Of a stretch of DNA of 64,000 nt, positions 1-8,600 are shown piece by piece. Below the pieces are notes generated by a model. The model saw only the letters and a program-made list of their open reading frames with translations, searched no databases and was not told the DNA's origin. Position 1 is the stretch's first letter; every line of letters begins with the position of its first letter. A program made the translations under genes and the position numbers. Source of the stretch: a bacterium. Lineage in GTDB: Bacteria; Armatimonadota; Chthonomonadetes; Chthonomonadales; JAMCWF01. The DNA is taken from positions 6,496-70,495 of the forward strand of contig JAKBZR010000003.1 of assembly GCA_021842405.1 (NCBI GenBank), written 5' to 3'.

Positions 1-450
1 ATTGAGTGTACAGTATTTTTCAACATCCATTTAAGATGAGATGCACGGGGCGCTAGCGGGATGCTATGAGACGCCCACGTTTTTGCGGGCTTTGGATGTT
101 TCATCGTCGTTAAAAAAGCCAAGTAAATATTGGTCGAATGATGCAGGATTCTTCCGAAATAACGTTGAAATAGCTATTCTGTTTTTGGCGTGGTATGCTT
201 TAAGACATTCACACAGATTGATAACCTCGAAAAGGTGGAAACTGCTTGACCTCGATGAAGGGAAAGCATGCGCTACAGCAACCGATTGTGAGGTGATAAG
301 GTAAACAAGCGACTTAAACGGGAGAGGCCGGACGCATCAGAGAAATGGTTCTTTCAATGAGAAGAGAACAATTCGCCACTGGATATGGCGGAAAGGCGGC
401 GTGTTGGCAGCCTGGTATCGGTTAATCGGGGCTGCCAGAAGGAGTAGGTA

Positions 451-1917
451 ATGTCAGTTGAGAATGAAAATGAAATCGTAGAGGACGCTACACCGATTAC
501 AGAGATACCTCTGGTGGTTGGAGCGGTTGTAGAAGAAGGGGCTGCCAGTGAGGAGCCCGTTCCGACCACGCCGGTCGCGGAGGAGTCCGCTGACCAGGAG
601 GTCGTCTCCTCAGCGGAAGCGGAAGCGGAAACGAACACCAGTGCCAATAACGACTACTCGAATACGCTGCCAACTTTAAACCAAGGTGATGTAGTTAAGG
701 GAGTTGTAGTTCACATTGACCGTGAGGGCGTGCTGGTTGATGTGGGGATGAAATCAGAGGGGCTCATCCGCCTAAACGAGTTATCCAGGGATGCCGCACT
801 GCAGCCGGAAGAGGTGGTGCAGGTGGGTGAGCAGATTGATGTCTATGTTTTGGATATGGAAGACAAAGAGGGCGTCCTGATCCTTAGCAAGAAGCGGGCC
901 GACTTTGAAAAGGCATGGGAGCGTGTGCAGCAAGCCAAAGAGAGCGGAGCCATCATCAGCGCGATGGTGAGCGATCGGGTGAAGGGCGGGTTGGTGGTGG
1001 ACCTCGGAATTCGAGGATTCGTTCCGGCCTCCCACGTGGCTAGCGGAAGTAAAGCAAACTTGGACCGCTACATTGGACAATCCATACCGCTCAAAGTGCT
1101 TGAGGTGGATAAAGAGCGACGTAAAGTGATCTTGTCTCATCGGTTGGCAGTCGAAGAAGAGCGTCAACATCGGAAAGAGACGACCTTCTCTTCGCTGGGC
1201 GTCGGTCAAATTCGGCGCGGCCATGTTCGAAGAATCACCGAGTTCGGCGCATTCGTTGATCTCGGCGGCGTGGACGGCCTGCTCCATATCAGTGAGATGG
1301 CATGGACGCGGTTGAGGCATCCCAGCGAGGTGCTCAAAGAGGGCGATGATATCGAGGTCATCATCCTAAAGATTGATCGGGATCAAAACCGCATCTCCCT
1401 GGGCCGGCGGCAGATTTTACCCGATCCTTGGTCGGAAATTGCAAATCGGTATCACTCAGGCCAGGTTATCACCGGAACGGTCAGCCGGCTGGTTCCTTTT
1501 GGTGCATTCGTTTTGGTTGAAGGCGGGGTTGAAGGCATCATTCCGAACAGCGAGCTTTCGACCCGGCATGTGAGTCGGGCGAATACCGTGGTCAACGTGG
1601 GCGACAGCGTTGAGGTAAAGGTGCTGGATGTTCGCCCCGACGAGCGAAAGATGACCTTGTCGCTTCGGCAGGCCAGACCGGAGGCCGAGACGCAGCGCGA
1701 GCGGCAGGATATCGAGCAGCACGTTAACTCCAGAGAAGAGCCCCGATTCACGATCGGTGACGCAATTCGAGCGCAGCGGGAGAATGGAGCCGATTTTCTA
1801 ACGGCAGAGATGGATGAATCCAAAGAGCGCCGATCGCGCCGACGGCGCTCGCGGACCCGTCATAACGCTCCGGAACGTTCGGACGAAGAAAACGATGCCG
1901 ATAATGAAGCCGGTTAG
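451..1917 (+). CDS. rpsA: 30S ribosomal protein S1, with four S1 OB-fold repeats, an acidic N-terminal extension and an Arg/Glu-rich tail
   Basis: The 488-aa ORF shows four recognisable S1 repeats (GDVVKGVVVHIDREGVLVDVG, ISAMVSDRVKGGLVVDLG, GQIRRGHVRRITEFGAFVDLG, GQVITGTVSRLVPFGAFVLVEG). An AAGGAG Shine-Dalgarno lies 6 nt upstream of ATG 451. Confidence 0.92.
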   Translation: MSVENENEIVEDATPITEIPLVVGAVVEEGAASEEPVPTTPVAEESADQEVVSSAEAEAETNTSANNDYSNTLPTLNQGDVVKGVVVHIDREGVLVDVGMKSEGLIRLNELSRDAALQPEEVVQVGEQIDVYVLDMEDKEGVLILSKKRADFEKAWERVQQAKESGAIISAMVSDRVKGGLVVDLGIRGFVPASHVASGSKANLDRYIGQSIPLKVLEVDKERRKVILSHRLAVEEERQHRKETTFSSLGVGQIRRGHVRRITEFGAFVDLGGVDGLLHISEMAWTRLRHPSEVLKEGDDIEVIILKIDRDQNRISLGRRQILPDPWSEIANRYHSGQVITGTVSRLVPFGAFVLVEGGVEGIIPNSELSTRHVSRANTVVNVGDSVEVKVLDVRPDERKMTLSLRQARPEAETQRERQDIEQHVNSREEPRFTIGDAIRAQRENGADFLTAEMDESKERRSRRRRSRTRHNAPERSDEENDADNEAG

Positions 1918-2642
1918 TGCGGCAGGATGCCATCCGCAATATGGTGATAGGGGTTACAGGCGGCCTAGCGACCGGTAAGAGCACGGTTAGCGCCATGTTT
2001 GGTGATTTAGGGGCGACGGTGATCAGCGCTGATAATGTCGCACGAGAAGTACTGGCTCCCAACTCACCGATGATAGGGCAGGTGGCCGAAGCGTTTGGTT
2101 TTCATCTCATTCGTACCGATGGAACGCTCGACCGGGAGCAGCTTGCTCGGCTCATATTTTCTGACAGCGATGCTCGATATCGGCTCGACAAAATGATGCA
2201 TCCGCCCATATTAGAAAGGCTGCGACGCCAGATCGAGGAGGCGCTTGCCGGTAATCCGGAACGCCACGTCGTAGTCGAAGTGCCCTTGCTCTTCGAGCTT
2301 GGCATGGAAAATTGGTTCGACAAAATCGTGGTGGTGACCTGCAGTGAGCGAGCGGAGATTGCGCGGCTATTCTGGCGGGATGGGCTCAACGAATTGGAGG
2401 CTAGAATGCGGATCTCAACTCAGTTGCCGCTGGCCGAAAAGGTCAGAAGAGCCGATTACGTGGTGCACAACGAGGGCGCTCGATCGGCGGTTGCTTCTCA
2501 TGTCGGGCGGATTTGGAAGAAGTTAAATGAATCTTCGCCGGCGGATAACGCCGATTCATCGGAGTGCCTGATCAATGAAGCTAAAAGTTCAGTCGAGACA
2601 CCGCTTTTAAAGGCGCGTCGAAGCTATCGGCGGAAAAAGTAG
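1917..2642 (+). CDS. coaE: Dephospho-CoA kinase
   Basis: The N-terminus carries the P-loop VIGVTGGLATGKST and the core has CoaE-like length. GTG 1917 overlaps the rpsA stop (TAGTG). ATG 1941 (MVIGVTGG) is an equally plausible start. There is a basic C-terminal extension of about 45 aa. Confidence 0.85.
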   Translation: MRQDAIRNMVIGVTGGLATGKSTVSAMFGDLGATVISADNVAREVLAPNSPMIGQVAEAFGFHLIRTDGTLDREQLARLIFSDSDARYRLDKMMHPPILERLRRQIEEALAGNPERHVVVEVPLLFELGMENWFDKIVVVTCSERAEIARLFWRDGLNELEARMRISTQLPLAEKVRRADYVVHNEGARSAVASHVGRIWKKLNESSPADNADSSECLINEAKSSVETPLLKARRSYRRKK

Positions 2643-2654
2643 GGTTAATTGAGG

Positions 2655-2721
2655 CTATTTAGGCGGGTGTTGCAGGGCGGGATGGGGGGCCAACGATAAT
2701 TACTCCCACAGAACTGAGCTC
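2655..2721. mobile_element. Partial and rearranged MITE-like repeat
   Basis: The sequence contains ATTTAGGCGGGTGTTGCAGGGCGGGATGGGG, an inverted version of the CCGCCCTGTAACACCCGCCTAAAT core. It ends with the terminus CACAGAACTGAGCTC. Confidence 0.45.
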
Positions 2722-2905
2722 ATTCAAACTACCGTTCAGACACAAATTGGCTCGATGAAGGGGTACAGTTAAGTTTAGTGAAAATAGATCGTATGCTTGT
2801 AAGAGGGGCAAACCCGTCGTAATCTCGCACCTTTGATCCGTTCCGGATAGTGAACGTTCGAAAGTATGTCATTTCTTCTTTTAAAGGGAAGGGAGTTAAA
2901 TTGAA

Positions 2906-5344
2906 ATGCTGAAGCGTTACTGTGCGCGAGTGAATTTACCGGTCGGCTTGGCATTAGCTGCATTACTGGCAGCTTTACCCTCTTTAGGGCAAACGGCGAA
3001 CCCGACTGCTGGACACAATCCTGGGGTTCCTCTGCTCAAAAGAGTAAATTTGCCCGATCTGTCCTTACCGGGCGGAATTTTCTCTCCGCCGCGAAGGCTG
3101 CCCGGTCATATTCCGACCAAAGCAATCACCAAATCGGTGATGGTGGGGCAGACCAATCCCAATCAACCGATCAAGATGGCGGTTATCCTTCCGATCCGCA
3201 ACCAGCCGCAGCTTACCGATCTGCTGCATCAACTCTATAACCCCTCTGATCCACACTATGGCCACTACCTGACGGTGGCTCAATTTGAACAGCAGTTCAG
3301 CCCCACTCCCGCTCAGTATGGAGAGGTTGAAGCCTATTTTGCTTCAAGAGGCTTCCGGATCACCGGCACTTCTCCGAACCGCCTGGTGCTGGACGTGGAG
3401 GGCCCGGCTGGCCTGGTGGGATCGGCATTTAGCTTGAGGTTATTCAACTATCGGTTGCCGAGCGGGCGCATCTTTTACGCCACCGATCTCAACCCGCTGG
3501 TGCCCGGCTACATCGCCAACCTGATCGTTGGGATGGCGGGCTTAGATAACGCGGGGAGGCCACATCCAGAATATGTTATCAGACCACGGTTCTCACGGTT
3601 TTTGCCTGGTACCCACCAGATCGGAACCGGACCGGGAGGATATCTGGCGCCGGACGATATCCTTCATACCTATAACCTTTCAAATACGATATCCACCATC
3701 AACGGATCCGGTCAAACATTGGGTCTATTCGAGATGGATGGCTATACGAATAGCGATATCACTACGTTTGAAAACTATTTTCATCTGCCAAACATTCTAC
3801 TTGAGAATGTGCTGGTGGATGGATTTAACGGTCAGCCCTCAGGAAATGGGGGAGAGGTTGAAGTAACGCTGGATATTGATATGATGTTGTCTATCGCCAG
3901 AGGTGCAAAAAAGATCATCGTTTATGAAGGGCCGTCCAACTATAACTATACGGGCTGGATTGACACCTACAACATGATAGCCACCGAAGATCGAGCTAAC
4001 GAGATCAGCACTTCCTGGGGCTTGGCGGAGGACTACCAACCCACTCCATTTATGCTAGCTGAATACGACATCTTTGAGGAGATGGCAGCTCAAGGTCAAT
4101 CCATATTTGCGGCGGCCGGCGATAATGGCGCATTCGATGATTATTTTGATATCAGCGTGGATGATCCCGCCTCTGATCCCTATATGTGCGGTGTGGGTGG
4201 CACCACATTAGCGGTGACCCACCCCGGCGGCGCCTGGGCCGGGGAAACCACCTGGAATGAATTCATATTCGGCGAAGGGGCCGGGGGCGGCGGTGTGAGC
4301 ACCGTATGGGCGGCACCTTCCTACCAGTTGCCGGTGGTGACCGCACCCGGCTGGGCCGGTTTGACGTTGGGTTCGCCTACCTTTCGCAATGTGCCGGATG
4401 TCTCACTCAACTCCGATCCAATCACCGGTTACGATATCTATCTTAACGAGTACGGTGGATGGATAGAAGGTATCGGCGGCACCAGCGCCGCAGCGCCGCT
4501 ATGGGCTGCCTTCACCGCCCTTCTAAATCAAAAATTACTTCAAGAGGGAAAACCGGCGGTGGGCTTTCCCAATCCGTACCTTTATTCCATCGCCCAAAGC
4601 CCCGGGTATGAGGCCGATTTTCATGACATCGCCGATCAGAGCAACAACGGCTACTACCTGGCGGTTAACGGTTATGACGATGCCACCGGCTGGGGTTCCT
4701 TCAATGGTGATAACCTCCTGAATCAATCACCGATTGCGGTGGTGTTGAAGCCCAGTCAGGTATTGGGCGGTGGCCAGGCAACCGGTAAGGTGGTGCTCCA
4801 AACTCCGGCTCCGGCAAGTGGACTCACGGTGGATATCGCTTCCGATGATACGTCGGTGGCGACGGTATCCACGCCCTCGGTGACGGTTCAAGCCGGTTAC
4901 ACCACCAGCAACTCGTTCACTGTAACCACCAATTCAGTTGTGACGACAACCGACGTGGGAATTTCGGCTACTGCAAATAATGAAACCGGTAAGATGGAGC
5001 TACGGGTATGGGCCGCGCTGTCGAGTGCAGCACTGCATTTCAGTCCCAGCCGGGTTGCGCCGTTTGGCATTACATACGGAATTGTAACCTTGCCCGGTCC
5101 GGCTCCGGACGGCGGTGCTGTTATCACCCTTACGGACAGCGACCCCTATTATTCCTACGTACCGGATCACATGGTCATACCGGCCGGTCAAACTACTAAT
5201 TCATTTATAACGCTAACCGGGTGGCCTCCGGTCACCACCTATCCAACCGTCACTGCAACCTACGGCCCTACTTCCGTCAAGGCCACGTTTGCGATAATGG
5301 GTGGAGTTTGGGGTTACCCGATAGTCGGGGGACCGGGCTTTTAG
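2906..5344 (+). CDS. Secreted sedolisin-family (S53) serine peptidase with a pro-kumamolisin-type activation domain and two C-terminal Ig-like repeats
   Basis: A signal peptide (LALAALLAALPSLGQTA) is followed by a propeptide resembling the pro-kumamolisin activation domain (NPSDPHYGHYLTVAQFEQQFSP...). The catalytic-Ser motif GGTSAAAPLWAAF is present. Two tandem repeats of about 95 aa occupy the C-terminus. Confidence 0.85.
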   Translation: MLKRYCARVNLPVGLALAALLAALPSLGQTANPTAGHNPGVPLLKRVNLPDLSLPGGIFSPPRRLPGHIPTKAITKSVMVGQTNPNQPIKMAVILPIRNQPQLTDLLHQLYNPSDPHYGHYLTVAQFEQQFSPTPAQYGEVEAYFASRGFRITGTSPNRLVLDVEGPAGLVGSAFSLRLFNYRLPSGRIFYATDLNPLVPGYIANLIVGMAGLDNAGRPHPEYVIRPRFSRFLPGTHQIGTGPGGYLAPDDILHTYNLSNTISTINGSGQTLGLFEMDGYTNSDITTFENYFHLPNILLENVLVDGFNGQPSGNGGEVEVTLDIDMMLSIARGAKKIIVYEGPSNYNYTGWIDTYNMIATEDRANEISTSWGLAEDYQPTPFMLAEYDIFEEMAAQGQSIFAAAGDNGAFDDYFDISVDDPASDPYMCGVGGTTLAVTHPGGAWAGETTWNEFIFGEGAGGGGVSTVWAAPSYQLPVVTAPGWAGLTLGSPTFRNVPDVSLNSDPITGYDIYLNEYGGWIEGIGGTSAAAPLWAAFTALLNQKLLQEGKPAVGFPNPYLYSIAQSPGYEADFHDIADQSNNGYYLAVNGYDDATGWGSFNGDNLLNQSPIAVVLKPSQVLGGGQATGKVVLQTPAPASGLTVDIASDDTSVATVSTPSVTVQAGYTTSNSFTVTTNSVVTTTDVGISATANNETGKMELRVWAALSSAALHFSPSRVAPFGITYGIVTLPGPAPDGGAVITLTDSDPYYSYVPDHMVIPAGQTTNSFITLTGWPPVTTYPTVTATYGPTSVKATFAIMGGVWGYPIVGGPGF

Positions 5345-5354
5345 TTCATAAAGT

Positions 5355-5397
5355 GGCCGCCGGTGATTGCTTAAATTTATGCAGGAAACCGGCGGCC
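5355..5397 (+). terminator. Stem-loop after the S53 gene: 10-bp perfect stem GGCCGCCGGT/ACCGGCGGCC with a 23-nt loop
   Basis: The inverted repeat is read directly at 5355-5364 and 5388-5397, 11 nt after the stop codon. No clean T-tract follows it. Confidence 0.4.
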
Positions 5398-5559
5398 CTC
5401 TGTTTAATAGAGCGGTGAAGGTTTGGAACGGCAACTAGGGGGCCGAAGAGGAGCCCATTATAAGAACGGTATCGGCCTCAGGACAACTTAAAAAAAGAAC
5501 CGAAAGTCAAGCACGCCAAGCGGACCATCAAAATTATTGTCCGTCGGTCGGTAAAGTGC

Positions 5560-5588
5560 TTGCGTATTTGCCGCGCTTATGTTATAAT
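5560..5588 (+). promoter_or_regulatory. Sigma70-like promoter: TTGCGT, 17-nt spacer, TATAAT
   Basis: The -35 hexamer lies at 5560-5565 and a consensus -10 at 5583-5588. This position leaves a leader of about 100 nt before the giant ORF. Confidence 0.5.
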
Positions 5589-5693
5589 CGGCGGCGGTAG
5601 GTTTTGAGATGGACTGCGCCTTGCGAATGGTCGGCAGCATGGAAGCGCTGACCCTTCGTGATTGACGCGGTCATAAGGGAGGTAGGACTCATC

Positions 5694-8600
5694 TTGAAAA
5701 GATTGAAGCTCGTAAACGTCCTTCTGCTTACGCTGGTTTCGGCAGCCTTTGTTTTTCAAGGCCAGCAAACGGAGGCATCTCCGCGATTCAGCAAATTGAT
5801 CCCGGCAACGGGAAATTTCAATTTGTTCAGAAATCACCAGAAGCCGTTTATCGGCCCCGGCGTACAAATCCTCCCCAGCGATACTCTGCGCGCGCTGCGA
5901 CCCGGAAGGGCGATACAGGCCCCGGTGCAGACGATAAACCTGACGAAATCACCGCTTGCCGACGATAAAGACCCCTTCTGGACCAAAGATGAGCAGTACA
6001 TCTACTTCTCAAGCAATCGCATCAGCGCCTCCAATCCAGCCGCCGGCGCTCTTTACCATATCTACCGCATCAATGCCTCCGATGGCAGCGACCTCACTCA
6101 AATTTCAGGCATGAACACCTATGCCAACGACAATCAAACCAGCCCGGCCGCGAATTTGGGCGGGAATTACCTGGTTTACATTGATCGAGGCCCATCCGGA
6201 GTTGATATTGTATTGCGGAATTTGGTTTCCGATACCACCCAATCCTTGATTAAAAACAACAATCTGGCGCCCGCCTTCACCGATGTCAACCATCCTGAGT
6301 TTATGAGCGCCAGTGATGTGATGTTCAGCGGACAGGTCGGAGTGGGAACCCCATACCATCTCTATTCGGTGAATATTCAAACCGGTCAGGTTCCCCAGCT
6401 TACCACCGGCGCGGCGACCGATAAAGATCCCACCCTCGACCCGACCGGCACGCTCATCGCCTTTGATTCAAACCGATTGGCGAACGACGGCAGCACCGTT
6501 AATCCGGACGGCCATTTCGACATCTGGACGATGACAACCAACCCGGCCGCGCCCAACTTCACAAAATTAACCAATTTTGAGGTCGGCGGCGTTTACGCCA
6601 GCAATATTGATCCGGCCTGGAGCACCAACAAGGTTGATACCACAACCGGGCCGGATGGACAGCCGTTGGTCAACGGCCGCCAACTCATCGCCTTTTCTTC
6701 GACCCGTTACGATTCCACCGGGAACGGTCACGCCGACGCGGTGGGCGCCACCTATCACATCTACTGGATGCCGGCGATGCCGGAAGGGCCGACCAATCAG
6801 GCGCTCAAGCTGAACACCAACGATCCCAATAATAAGTACAACGATCTTCATCCGACATGGCCGCAGTTCATCAATACCTATCGGATTGCTTATCAATCGG
6901 ATCGCATTGATACCGATTTCCGATTTCCGCCGACCAGCCCGCCCGGCAGCCCGCAGGATCTGTTCGCCAGCACCATCGTGGACCTGCATGCGCCAACGCT
7001 GGTCGCCTATAACACGATCACAGACGAAATTGTTCATGTCTCACCGCGGTTGGCCACGCCCGGATCAACGGTCACCTTTACGGTGAAAGTGGCCGATTTT
7101 GAGACTGGCGTCAACGGGGTTTACATTCGGATTAAGAATCCGAACAGTAAGTATCAACAGAATTCCGGTGTTGAGCACAAGATGTTTATGGATACTCCGG
7201 TTTCGCCGGATGGTACCAATACGGTATATTGGCCCGAAGAATTCGATTGCCAACGGATATATGCCAGCCCCGGTCCGCAACAATACACCTATCATGATGT
7301 GCAATATATTGCCAGCATAGATGATTTCTACGCCTTTTCCGGTAGCTCGAGCCCGCCGGACCCGGCCTGGATAAAACTTACTCAAACCGGAACCGATGCA
7401 GACGGCAATGAGATCTGGTCGGGAAGCTGGGTTACGCCGCCACAGGAAACCGATTACATTATTGATGTGATCGCCTACGACAACGCGGTGGACACCTTTA
7501 ATCCCGTTAATAAAGAAAACTGGAAAATTTATGATAATATCTGGGGATTCAGCACTAAGCCGTTCGTTGCGTCGAAGGGGATTCTGTTTGTCAGCGACTA
7601 CTCCAGCGGACAAAAGTTCTTTCAAACAAAGCTTGGACTTAATACTTTGGTTAATGTCGGTTTTACTTTTTGGGGAACTGAAAGTTGGCTAACCGATTTT
7701 GACGTCCGTTTGTTGCCGAATGAATACTTTCCACCCAATAATGGAACGCCGGGACCGATTGACCTTGACCAGAATAGAAGTATCGGCGATACCCTGGGCG
7801 TTGATTCTTACGTTGATTCACTCAATGATGATGGGATTTATGTAGATGGCTATGCAGACCCATCATCTCAACAGTACAATATCTGGCGGATACAGTGCCG
7901 CGGGCCGATTCCCGATTCGGTGCTGGGTCAATACTTGCCCCATACCGAGCAGCAGCCGCCTGATACCATTGACGGTGAAACCACACCTCGAGCCGTTTTG
8001 GTAGCGCCGCGGTGCGTGATCTGGAATGCACCTTATGCTGGTGACCTCTGGACCGGGCCGGGAACGATCACCGATCTATCGACTCAAGCTCAACTGGCCG
8101 CGTTTATTGCGGCCGGCGGCCGTCTCTTCGTAAACGGTGAGGACGTCGGCTGGGCCTTAACTCAGGACGGCACCTTCGCAAACTCATTTTTCACCAATGA
8201 TTTGAAGGCCACATTTATTGCCGACACTTATAACGTTGGTACTTTATCGTATCTTTTTTCTGTCAATGCCCAAATAAAGGCTTTATTTATTGTCGATCCC
8301 CAAAACTTATTAGGGGCGCAGGGTGCTCCGAACCCAATTTCGCATGATCCCTGGCAGGGAACTTATAATGCCATTGCTCATGTCGACAATGTGCATAATT
8401 ATTATAATTATGCCAACAACCCGGCAACTTATGATCCGCCCGATTTGGTGAAACCATACCTGGTTGCAGGTACTGACCCTTTACATATACGCAATCTGGG
8501 AGCATTTAATGAATTATTCCCGGATCATGTAGGGGTAACCAACGGCTCGATCCTGGATTGTAACTATGGAGGGGAATCGACTACAGCCGCTTTATTACAC

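Noticed and set aside
41-304. An 87-aa ORF upstream of rpsA.
   Set aside because: It sits in an AT-rich leader or promoter region, has no RBS and no recognisable motif. The region is probably non-coding. I also could not support an ncRNA call there.
381-447. A hairpin, TGGCAGCC...GGCTGCCA, just upstream of the rpsA RBS, considered as an S1 autoregulatory structure.
   Set aside because: The idea is plausible, but an 8-bp stem alone is weak evidence and S1 leader structures are not conserved enough to recognise by eye.
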